This document shows, in pieces, positions 7,661 through 20,300 of a DNA stretch of 61,470 nt. The translations under genes were made by a program, and so were the position numbers. This DNA is from an uncultured Saprospiraceae bacterium. Lineage in GTDB: Bacteria; Bacteroidota; Bacteroidia; Chitinophagales; Saprospiraceae. Each line of letters starts with the position of its first letter. Position 1 is the first letter of the stretch. The notes under the pieces were generated by a model. It did no database searches. It was not told the origin of the DNA and saw only the letters and a list, made by a program, of their open reading frames with translations. Where the stretch lies: assembly GCA_964385665.1 (NCBI GenBank), contig CAYLPW010000001.1:1-61470 (forward strand). Direction: 5' to 3'.

Positions 7661-8313
7661 AATAAAAAATTATCTTTATCAGTGACAAGGTTATTCTTTT
7701 GTAGTCAAATATACATTTAGTATATAAGTGTAACACATTTATAGGAGCTACTTTACAACTGACACCACTTCTTTAGCTGAAAGTATTTTTATGCTTTAGC
7801 TATCAAACTGTCGTCGCACAGTTTACATTTTTCCCTCCTAATTTATGTGATACAACGATTGGTTTTATTTGATAAGCAAACGAGCGCTTATCAGCCTACT
7901 TACAGTGTATTAATTCTTTGCAAGTATCACCCACTTGTCTGGGATAAATACTTGTGAGTTAGCATTATAGCTATCCGTATGCTAATGGATAGCCTGTACT
8001 TATACATCATCTTGCTATGTACAGACACTGTCTGTAATGATAGCCTTACAGATGTGCGTATAAGTGCCTATTGGAAGCGCTCTAAAATTAAACTTTCGTT
8101 CTCGGCTTCGTAGCGCGAACACCCAACATTTAAATTTACTAAAGACTACACATAATTGATTTCTCTTGAGAGTGACTCCTCAAAGAGACGCAACAAGCTA
8201 TGCTTACTTCTATGAGCTGATAAGATCAATGAAGTAGGTAATGAGCGTACCCAGGATAAACGCTAGAAATATACTCTATCTAATAACTCAACATTAGCAA
8301 ACATTTTTAGAGC

Positions 8314-11300
8314 ATGCTTTACAATTACACGAATATGTTATACAAAAAAAACCGCTTTTCAGTGGTCAGGCCACATAAGTTAGCCTATCTATTTTGCGCA
8401 GCGATGCTGCTTTTCGCTTGTGCCAAACAAAATGAGACGAACGTTTCATTTCAAGAAACGCCAGAAGCCACAACTGCTCAAACCAGCAGTTACAGCCTCT
8501 CATTTCAAGAAAGCGAGGTTGAACTAACCATTCCTTCCACTACACAGAAAGTAGGTGTGCGTTTCGCTGATGCGAACTCAACTACAGGAACTCGACAGTT
8601 CTCAGAAGAAGGTGTTCTTTACAAAGATGTATACGAGCAAGTGGACGTTCGCTTCTACGACAAAAAGGAAGGAGCAGTAGGATACGACATCATACTAGAA
8701 CCTGGTAGTAAATTAGCAGATGTAAGAATAGACCTTCAAACTGAGGGACAGCCATACATTGACTCTAGAGGAAATCTGAACATTGAATTGGGTAATAAAA
8801 AGGTATCGCACTCGCGACCATATAGTTATCAGGAAATTGAGGGCGAGCACGTCCGTGTAAAAAGTAAGTTTGTTTTAGCAGACAACACACTCTCCTTCGC
8901 TGTAGAAGACTACGATCCAGAATATACGCTAGTTATCGATCCAGAAATTACAGTGACTGAAAACAACGGTAATAGCAATATGCCACGTGTGAGCAGTGGT
9001 CTAGTAGCTCTTTATGACTTTGAGGAAGCGAGCGGAACAACTGTAAACGATGTATCGGGCATAAATCCATCTCTTGACCTTCAAGTGGAGAACAACTCGA
9101 ATTTCAAGTGGGAGCGCAATGTGATAGACATTGAAGAAAATCGCATTTCCAATACCAGCAACAACAACAAAATATACTCCTCACTCACCGCTACTAACGA
9201 GATCACTGTAGAGGCATGGATTCGACCACAGGATGATTCCCAGAACGGTCCTGCTCGCATCATTACGTTCTCAGATGATAGCAATGACCGTAACTTCTCT
9301 TTGTATCAAGATGATGATGAGTTTGATTTTAGATTGCGTACCACAACGAATGGAAATGACGGTGACAACGTCAGACTAGAAGGTGGTACTATCGTCAATA
9401 GAAGACGATACCATGTTGTATTTACTAGAAGTTCCTCTGGCACAGCACGTCTATATATAGATGGTGTACAAGTCGATCAAGAAACAGTAGGCGGTAACTT
9501 CAGCAACTGGAACAGCAGCTTCGATTTTGGATTAGGCAACGAATTTGATACGAGTCCTACTAACGGTCCTAGAGATTGGATGGGCGAATACGATCTAGTA
9601 GCGATCTACTCAAGAGACTTAAGTGCTAGTGAAGTTACTCAAAACTTCGAGGCAGGTCCTAGAACAGTCAGCAACAACGACTTCTGTGATGGTATCTACA
9701 TAGAGAGCAACGGTGCTCTATATTCTGACAGAGATCCTAGATCAGAAGAAATTATAGAGGATATTCCTGACGGCGACTACAACATTACAGTAAGAACATT
9801 TGATGTCAATAGAAACAACCCTAACGACGTTCAAAATGACGAACAGGTCAGAATTCAGTTTTTTAATGGCAACACATTGGTTGCTCAAACTGGTTCTACG
9901 GACGATCTACAAGACGGAGTAGTTTCTACCGAGACTATAACAGATTTAGGAGACTTTACACTCACAGGCGTCGATCGAATAGTTATCCAGCACAAAGACC
10001 TATATGCTAATGTAGATGATTCTCCTAACTCCGTAGATGGAGTGGATATTTGTATCACATTGAACTGCTCACTAGAAGTAGATGCAGGAGACAATGAAAT
10101 GAAATGTGAAGGAGAATCAGTACAACTTCGTGCCAATCCTTCTGGACAAAGTTCTTGTAGCGGTGGTAGCGGTGTTGCTTATAGCTGGACAGGACCTAAT
10201 GGATTTACAGCCTCTTCTCGTAACATTAATGTAACTGTACCAGGTACTTATACGGTAGTAGCAACAGATTGCGAAGGCTGTACAGCTACAGACAACGTAA
10301 GCGTGTCAGATCTAGACGCCCCTAATGTGACTATTGCTGGTGACAGTCCAATCTGTGCTGGCGAGACAGTGACGCTGACTGCTAACGCAACTGGTGGTAG
10401 CAATGCTAACTGCGTCTTTCAAGAGAGTGGTGGTACAGTTGTAATGGAAGCAGAAAACTATTCGAGTTTGGATATGCAGCAAGATGCTGAAGATTGGGAA
10501 GAAAGGAATGACGATAACGACGCGGTAGGTAGTTATATAATCGCACCAGATGTACCTGGAAATGGAAGTTTCGCTACAGGAGCAAAAGTTACCTATAATG
10601 TAAATATCAATACTCCTGGCAACTATACCATTTATGCAAGAAGACAAGCTTCTAGCGGTTCGGATAACTCAGCATTTGGTGGATTCAATGGAACACAAAC
10701 TGGATTATTCGATAACATCTCAAGTACAGTTAATCAATGGGTCTGGGTAAATTTAGGTTCTCGTAATCTAACCGCTGGCTTGAATACAGTAGAGATAGCA
10801 CGTAGAGAGGCAGAATACAGAATAGATCGTTTGGTCGTCACTACAGGTAGTAGTCCAAACAACAACAGCAACGGACCTGCTGAAAGTAGCTGTGATGCGT
10901 CAAGTAGTAGTTTCACCTACCTATGGTCAACAGGAGCGACTACACCAAGCATCAATGTGACACCTTCCAGTACAGCAGACTATAGCGTCAGTGTGACCAG
11001 TAGTAATGGCTGTGAGGGAACAGCGAGTCGTCGAATATTCGTTCGACCACAACCAGTTGCAGTTGTCGATAATGCGACTATTTGTTCTGGTGAGACAGTC
11101 ACTTTTGAAGCCCCAACAGGCAATCCAACTGGGACTAACTACACTTGGGACTTCGGAGCTAATGCTTCTCCAGCTACCGCTACAGGGGCAGGACCGATTA
11201 CCGTAACTTATACCATTCCCGCTGGCACAAATGCCAATGTCAATAATACCGTCACGCTCACCGCTTCCAGAAATGGTTGCGAGGACACGGACAATGCGAC

Positions 11301-14300
11301 TATTACCATTGAGGATACACCTCGTGCAACAATTACCAAAACAGATGCCGCTTGTGGGGATGCCAACGGTAGCATTACCTTTACTTTTCCTGATAATGCA
11401 AATCGTACCAGTGTACGCTTTAGTATAGATGGAGGTGCTACTTTCGTAAGCTCTACAGATGACGCGGGTTCATTAACTTTCAACAACTTATCCGCTGGAA
11501 GCTATGATCTACTGGCACAGTGGGGCAACGGAGACTGTCCAACTGATCTACCAGATGTCACTATTGGTGACAGCAATCCTCCAGTCGTTAATGCAGGAGA
11601 CGATGTAGAGTTGTGTATCGGCGGTACAGTTTCTCTGGCAGCTAGTGCAACTGCTGGAACAGGAACTATTACTTACAATTGGACACCTGGCAATCAGAGT
11701 GGTGCAACAATCAATGTTACGCCAAGTGCAGTAGGTAGTGTCACATACACCGTAACAGCCACCGACCAAAACGGATGTACGGATACCGACCAAGTAACAG
11801 TTACTACTTTTGAAGACCCTGCTGTAACTATTGATCCAGTCGATGACGAAATTTGTGAAGGAGCTAGTTTAAACCTAGTAGCCAACCTAAGTGGTGGTGC
11901 AGACTGTATTGACCTACGCTGGCAGTTTAGAGCAGGAACTAGTGGTGCTTTTACTAATGTACAATTGGGAGGCAACAACTATGCAACTGATCCTACCTTA
12001 GCTCCTGGTACATATCAATACCGCGCACGCTACATCTGCAACGCAACGGGTTGCGAGAGTGCTAACTCCTCTATCATAACAGTTACCATCTTCCCAGATC
12101 CTTTAGTGACTATTGAAATAGACGAAAATGAAGTGTGTGAAGGAAACACAGCTACATTAACGGCGACTACTTTGGGTGGTGTCGATTGCGATGCGATCGA
12201 ATGGCAACGGCGACCAGCTCCAGGCAACCCTTGGGTGGCGGTAGGTACAGGAGACACTTACACCACTCCTGCTAACTTAGCAGTAGGTAGCTATCAATAT
12301 CGTGCCTTCTTCATATGTTCAGGACGCAACTGCGCAAACGACGCATCGAACGTCATCAATTTCGATGTAAAACCTCAGCCAGTAGCGACTGTTGACGACG
12401 CCATTATCTGTTCAGGTGAAACAGTCACTTTTGAAGCACCATCCAATCCTTCAGGCACACAGTACACTTGGGACTTTGGTGTCAATGCTAGTCCAGCTAC
12501 CGCAACAGGAGCAGGACCAATAACCGTAACATATACCATTCCATCTACTAGACTTCAAAACCAAACTTCTACAGTTACACTGACTGCCGAATTAGATGGA
12601 TGTATCGCTACTGACAATGCAAATATCAGTGTACTGGATACGCCTCAAGGCACATTGAGTGCAACAGATGGCACTTGTGGAGACAACAATGGAATGATCA
12701 CCATTACCTTCCCTGATAATGCTAGTCGAAGCGGTATTGAGTTTAGCCTAAATGGAGGTGCTTATCAAGGTACAGGCGACGATGCAGGTAGCTTCACGTT
12801 CTCAGGGCTAGCGGCAGATACTTATCAAGTTAGTGCTCGTTGGGGAGACAATAGCTGTCCAGTAGATTTAGGAACGACAACGATTGGCACAGAAGACGGA
12901 CCTACACTATCCGCGTCTGTAACGAATGTGGAATGTAACAGCGAGGCAACAGGTAGCATCAACTTGACCGTCAATGGCGGCACAGCACCTTTCACCTTTG
13001 CTTGGAGCAATAGTGCAACGACACAAAATATCAACAATCTACCAGCAGGCTCTTATACCGTAACAGTCACAGATGCTAATACTTGTACCGCAACCTTGAC
13101 AAGAAATATCACACAGCCTTCCGACATCATGCTAAGTGCGACTAAAATAGATGTGGACTGTCGGGGGAACGCGACTGGCTCAATTGATCTAAGTGTCAGC
13201 GGCGGCACAGCACCGTATAGTTACATTTGGAGCAATGGCGCAACCACTCAAGACATCTCCAGTCTAACCGCTGGCAACTATAGAGTAACCGTAACAGATG
13301 ACAACGGCTGTACGAAAGTGTTGAATAGAAACATTAACCAACCAGCTACATTGGGTAGAAGCGTAACCTCTACAGATGTATTGTGTAACGGAGAAAGCAA
13401 TGGAACAATCGACCTAACCGTAACAGGTGGAACGCCTCCATACAGTTACAATTGGGACAATGGTGCAACAACACAAGACTTAACAGGTCTTTCTGCTGGT
13501 GTTTATCGAGTGACGATCACTGATAATAACGGTTGTACCGCTACTATCCAACGAAGAATTAATGAGCCAGATGAATTGACAGTGACCACAGGAGGTGACC
13601 AAGAAATTTGTCCAAACGAAACTGTTACTATCATTGCTTCAGCAATGGGTGGAACAATGCCTTACTCCTATAACTGGAACACAGGCTCAACAGCTAGCCA
13701 ACTAAATAATGTAGGGGCAGGTACGTACATAGTAACTGTTACCGATGCGAATAACTGTATGGATGTTGCTACCACGACGGTAACAGAAAGCGCAACACCA
13801 AACCTAGTCATTGCAGGTCCAGATGAGATATGTGCTGATGAATTGGCAATGTTTACGGTAACACCAGTACTAAGTGGCGCTACTTACTCTTGGACGTTCA
13901 ACGGCCCAGCTACACCTTCTACAGCCAGTGGTAGTGCAGCATCGACGACCTATAGCGCAGCAGGTACGTATAATGTACAAGTTAGTGTAACCACTCCTGA
14001 TGGTTGTTCAGGAACAACGAGCACGTCTATCGTAGTTAGAGATGCTGTTGATGCAGATGCAGGTAGCGATCAGGCAATCTGTGAAGGAGGAAGCACGACA
14101 TTGGATGGATCGAACTCTATAGGAAATGATTTCAATTGGACTATTCTATCGGGTGATCCAACATCTATTGATGGTGGTAGTAATTCAGCTACGATTGACG
14201 TGAGTCCATTATTTAATACAACTTACCAATTAACCGTGCGTGATGCGTCTGGTGTTTGTGTAAGAAGCGATGAAGTCACTATTACTATTGACGTTGACCA

Positions 14301-17300
14301 AAATCCAACTGCTGATGCAGCTGTCGCAGAAAGTGAATACTGTACAGGAGCAGATGTTATTCTTGATGCAAGCGGTAGCGCAGCACCAGTTAGCGATCCA
14401 AACGCGACACTGAACTACCTATGGTACGAAGGCGATCCATCTGTAGGTGGTACGCTTTTGGGAACAGGAGAAATGTTTACTGTTAATCCAACAACAACGA
14501 CTGAATACTTCGTCATCACGACCGTAGATGGAAGTACTTCTACTTGTACAGATACAGCTTCTGTAACGGTCAATATCATCCCTTGTGTCGATGTGAATCT
14601 AACCAAAGTAGTCGACAACAAACGACCAAATATTGGTGACAATGTCAACTTCACCATTCAAGTTTGCAATGAAGGACCAGATCGTGCCACAGGCGTACGC
14701 GTGACGGATGAGCTACCAAGTGGCTATACCTTCGTCAGTGCTTCCAGTGCAGATTATAACTCAGCAACAGGAGTTTGGAATGCAAGATCAATCGATGTGG
14801 GTACATGTAAAACACTCGTCATTACAGCAGAAGTATTGGGAAGTGGAGATTACGTAAACATCGCTTCTGTGACAAGAACGACGGAACGCGATATCGACTC
14901 TACACCAAATAACGATCCTGATACCGACGGCGACGGAAACATTGGTAGTCAAGATGACGGCGATCCAGATGATGTAGAAGACCCAGACGATGAAGACGAC
15001 GCGGATGATGCAGAAGTCTTACCGTTACAGGTGGACTTGAACTTGACGAAAGTAGTAAATAACACACGTCCGAATATTGGTGACAATGTCGTCTTTACTA
15101 TTGAAGTATGCAATGAAGGACCAGATAACGCGACAGGTATAGAAGTGACCGATCAGTTGCCAAGTGGATATACATTTGTTAGCTCAAATCGAGGTAGTTA
15201 CAATGCCACAACGGGTATCTGGAATGCAGGTAACTTAGACGCAAATACTTGCCGAACGCTCACCATTACAGCAACTGTATTGGGTACTGGCGACTACTTA
15301 AACATCGCATCTATTACAGACGCGAACGAGACAGATATTGACTCTACACCAGGCAACGACCCTGATACTGACAATGACGGCAACATCGGTAGTGAAGATG
15401 ATGGTGATCCTGATGATATGGAAGATCCTGATGATGAAGACGATGCAGATGATGCAGAAGTCTTACCATTACAAGTGGACTTGAACTTGACGAAGATTGT
15501 CAATAATACACGTCCAAATATTGGTGAGAATGTCACCTTCACCATCGAAGTATGCAACGAAGGACCAGACCGTGCGACAGGCGTACACATAACTGACCAA
15601 TTGCCAAGTGGCTATACCTTTGTCAGTTCCAATCGTACAAGCTACAACGAAACAACAGGTGTATGGACTGCTGGTACTTTCGACGCCAATACATGTAAGA
15701 CGTTGACCATCGTAGCAACGGTACTAGGTAGTGGCGATTACTTGAATATTGCAGCGATTACAGATGCAAACGAAACAGATATTGACTCTACACCAGGTAA
15801 CGATCCCGATACAGATGGTGATGGCAATATCGGTAGTGAAGACGACGGCGATCCTGATGATGTAGAAGATCCAGATGATGAGGATGATGCAGACGATGCG
15901 GAAGTACAACCACTGTTGGTAGATTTGAACTTAACGAAAGTGGTCAACAACAGCACACCAAATGTAGGCGAGAATGTCACCTTCACGATTCGAGTTTGTA
16001 ATGAAGGACCAGACAATGGCACAGGTATCGAAGTGACTGATGAGTTGCCAAGTGGTTACACCTTTGTAAGTGCTTCTCCAAGTAACGCGTACAACGCAAC
16101 AACAAATATTTGGACAGTAGGAGATATAGGAGCTAATGACTGTCGAACATTAAATATTACTGCAACGGTACTAGGTAGTGGCGACTACTTAAACATCGCT
16201 TCTATCACTGATGCGAACGAAACAGACATCGACTCTACGCCAGGTAACGATCCTGATACAGATGGCGATGGAAACATTGGTAGCGAAGATGACGGTGATC
16301 CTGATGATATGGAAGATCCTGATGATGAGGACGATGCCGATGATGCAGAAGTAACGCCGAAGCAAATAGACTTGAACCTAACAAAAGTAGTTAGCAATAC
16401 GACTCCTGATATTGGCGAAAATGTCAACTTCACGATTCGAGTTTGTAATGAAGGACCAGACGATGCTACAGGAGTAGAAGTGACCGACCAACTACCAAGT
16501 GGCTACACGTTTGTAAGTACAAATCAAACTAGCTACAACAATACAACTGGTATTTGGATGTTGGGCAATTTAGAAGCTGGAGGTTGTAGAAACCTGTTCA
16601 TAACAGCTAGTGTAAACGCTCAGGGTGAGTACCTAAACATCGCAGCGATAACCGATGCAAACGAGCAGGATATTGACTCTACACCAGGTAACGATCCTGA
16701 TACTGACGGTGATGGCAACATTGGTAGTGAAGATGACGGCGACCCAAATGATGAAGAAGATCCTGACGATGAGGATGATGCAGACGATGCAGAAGTCATG
16801 CCACGTGCGCTAGGAGCTATTGGTAATTACGTCTGGATTGATGAGAACAGCGACGGCTTCCAAAATGCAGGAGAACCAGGTATTCCAAATGTGATTGTTC
16901 AATTGAAAGATGGCAGTGGAGCAGTGATTGCAACAACAGTGACAGGTAGCAACGGTGAATACTTATTCCCGAACCTACCAGCAGGCGCTTACTTCGTCGA
17001 TGTCGATGAAAGTAGCCTACCAAACGCTGAATTAACACAGACCACCATCTTCACCAATAACGTAGATGGCGATGATGCCGATACAGTAGAGGACGATGGC
17101 GACTTAGGAAACAAAGACCACAGTGGCAACGGCTACCCAATCACACTAGATGCAGGAGAAGAAAACCTAACTGCTGACTTCGGTTACAACTACAACGAAA
17201 CACCAGACGTCAACGAACCACCAATGGATGCGCTAGCCGCTATAGGTGACCGTGTTTGGATAGATAGTGATGGAGACGGCGTACAAGATCCAAACGAACA

Positions 17301-20300
17301 AGGCGTAGAAGGTGTAGAAGTTACATTGACAGGTGCAGGTGATGATGGTATCTTCGGAACTACTGATGATGTGACAGCAACCACCACCACAGACGAGAAT
17401 GGCTACTACATCTTTACTGATCTAGTGCCAGGAGCTTACGTTACTGAAGTAACTGATGACGAGGATGCTAATTATGATGTATTGGATGCTAATTTCTACG
17501 ATCAAACTGGTGACCCTGATGACTTTGGGGAAGTAGCAACTAATCCAGATAATCAGCAGACTAATCCAGTCGTATTAGCTCCAGGCGATGTGTTCTTGAA
17601 CTCTGATTATGGCTATCAACCAACTCCAGCTAACAATGTCTTGAGCGCATTAGGAGACTACGTTTGGTACGATGCTGATCGTGACGGTGATGGTCCATTG
17701 GAAGAAGGTGTAGAAGGTGGCGGACCAATCGTACAAGGACCTGGTGGGAACAGTGGTGCTGACCCTGACGAGTATGGCATAGCAGGTGTAACGGTTACAT
17801 TGATCAGAGACTTGAACGAGAACCGTACTTGGGATGCAGGTGAACCCATCATCGCTACCGATGTGACGGATGAAAATGGTTTTTACTACTTCCCAGACCT
17901 TATAGCAACAGATGGTGTCGGCACAGATGATTATGTCGTTTGGGTAAGCGATACCGATAATGTACTTGATGGTTTAGAGCCAACCGCTGATTCTGATAGC
18001 TTTGGTAACCCACCATCGAACGATAGTGGCGCACCAATTGGACAATCTACCAATGCCGTGTTAGGAATTTCATCACTATCAATTGGATTTGGAGTAGCAC
18101 CAAATGCAGGTCGTTTAGGAGTAGATTTTGGTTATGTAGAAGCAGGTCAAGATGACAATGAAGGCTTGATTGGTGACTATGTATGGTTCGACGACAACCG
18201 TGATGGTGTACAGGATGATGACGAGCCAGGTGTGGAAGGCGTAGTAGTTGAGTTGCTAGATGATATGGGTAATGTCATTGCCACAACAGAGACCAATGAA
18301 AACGGCTACTATTACTTTGGTGATTTACCATTAGATGAGTCTTACCAAGTGGTCATCGCGGATGAGAACTTCGATCCAAATGGCGTACTAGAAGGCTTCG
18401 AGAATACATTCGACCCAGATGGCGATACGGATAATGAAGGGGATTTGATTACTCTGACCACTGCTGACCCAATCAATCTAGATCAAGACTTTGGTTATGC
18501 AGGTGATGATGCGCAGATGTTAGGTTCTATCGGAAACAAAGTATTTGAAGATCCAAACGCTAACGGCATCAATAACTCATTTGAAAATGATGCATTTGAA
18601 GGCGTGACGCTTGATCTCTATCGTGATCTAAATGGTGATGGTGAAATCAATCCAGGAGAGCCAAGAGTAGCTACAACGACGACCGATATGGACGGTATGT
18701 ATCTATTCGATGAGCTACCATTTGGTGACTATATAGTAGATGTAACCGATGAAGCGGGCATCTTAAACGGATATTGGCAGTCTATCGGTTCTGTTCAGAA
18801 TCCATATACTAACATAAATGGAGATACTGCGGATGACCCATTTGATAGATCCAAAGAGGACGCTTTTGCAGTAACGATCGGTGGTACACGACCAGCGAAC
18901 AACTTAAATGTTGACTTCGGCTACTACAAAGACCCAGCTGCACTAGGTAACTACGTTTGGGTGGATAGCAACGCCAACGGCTTGCAAGATGATGGAGAAA
19001 CTGGTCTCAACGATGTACAAGTGACATTGACCATCGAATATCCTGATGGAACAGAGGTGACTGTAGTGACACTTACAGAAAACGATGAAGACGGAAACCC
19101 TGGTTTCTACGAGTTCCCGAACCTATTATTGGATGAGGACTATAACATGGGAACAGATGGTGACCCGGCAACAGACGGTCTGCCACGCTACACCATTTCA
19201 GTAGAGGAAACACAAGATGCCTTGACAGGCTTCATGGCAACCACCGCAGATGTGAATGGTAACGCAGATGACTTAGAAGATTCTGACTCTTTTGATGGGG
19301 TCGTAGCGATTCCAACACAAGGCGAAGAAGATACGGATGCGGAAGATCCAGCAACCGACGAAGCCATGGAAGCCAGCTATGACTTCGGTGTCATCGGTGA
19401 CTTAGGAGCTATCGGTAATTATGTTTGGGTAGATGAAGACAGCGATGGGCTACAAGACGAAGGTGAGCCAGGCATTCCGAACGTGATCGTTCAATTGAAA
19501 GATGAAAACGGCATAGTCATCGCAACAACCGTCACCGGTAGCAACGGCGCATACTTATTCCCGAACCTACCAGCAGGTGATTACTTCGTCGATGTCGATG
19601 AAAGTAGCCTACCAAACGCTGAATTAACACAGACCACCATCTTCACCAATAACGTAGATGGCGATGATGCCGATACAGTAGAAGACGATGGCGATCTAGG
19701 AAACAAAGATCACAGTGGCAACGGCTACCCAATCACATTGGATGCAGGGGAAGAAAATCTAACGGCTGACTTCGGTTACAACTACAACGAAACACCAGAT
19801 GTCAACGAACCACCAATGGATGCACTAGCTGCACTAGGTGATCGTATCTGGATCGATAGCGACGGCGACGGCGTACAAGATCCGGATGAACCAGGTGTAG
19901 AAGGTGCAAAACTGACGTTGAGTACGGACTTAAAAGTTATCAATGGACGTCTAGACGTAAATGGTGACGGTATCATTGATGGTACAGATGATGGAACAGT
20001 GGTCGGTAGTGATGGAGAGATGTATGATGTCTTTAACGGCTTCGTCGATCTAGACGGAAGTGGCGTACTCAATAATGACGACAATGATGATAGCGCACTG
20101 CAAGGTGGAGTAACTATCGCAGGCTTCGACATCATCGACGGACGCTTTGATATAGATGGAAATGGTGTCGATAACTCAGAGGATGATGGCACTGTGTTTG
20201 AAGTGGGTATCGACATGACCACTACTGACGACAATGGCTACTATATCTTCAATAACCTACCAGCAGGAGTTTACTATGTAGAAGTCACCGACGACGACAT

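Noticed and set aside
7431-7685. 84-aa ORF in the AT-rich spacer downstream of the recombinase
   Set aside because: It has a non-ATG start and extreme Ile/Tyr/Phe/Asn composition from AT-rich DNA. It contains a terminator hairpin and shows no recognisable motif.
7340-8313. Search for hix/gix-like crossover sites or long inverted repeats that would define an invertible adhesin promoter
   Set aside because: Only short hairpins were found by eye: 6-8 bp arms such as GATAAGC...GCTTATC at about 7871-7892 and GCTATCC...GGATAGC at about 7969-7992. A GGTTTT...GATAA segment at about 7861 does not fit the hix half-site spacing. The idea is kept only as a low-confidence hypothesis.
15294-16433. Long antisense ORFs inside the giant genes (for example 15294-15590, 15738-16022, 16185-16433, 19782-20234, 46043-46423, 52191-52565 and 56766-57197)
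   Set aside because: They lie opposite repetitive Asp/Gly/Thr/Ser-rich coding sequence whose codon composition keeps the reverse frames open. Their products are low-complexity Ser/Pro strings. The sense frame carries clear domain signatures.
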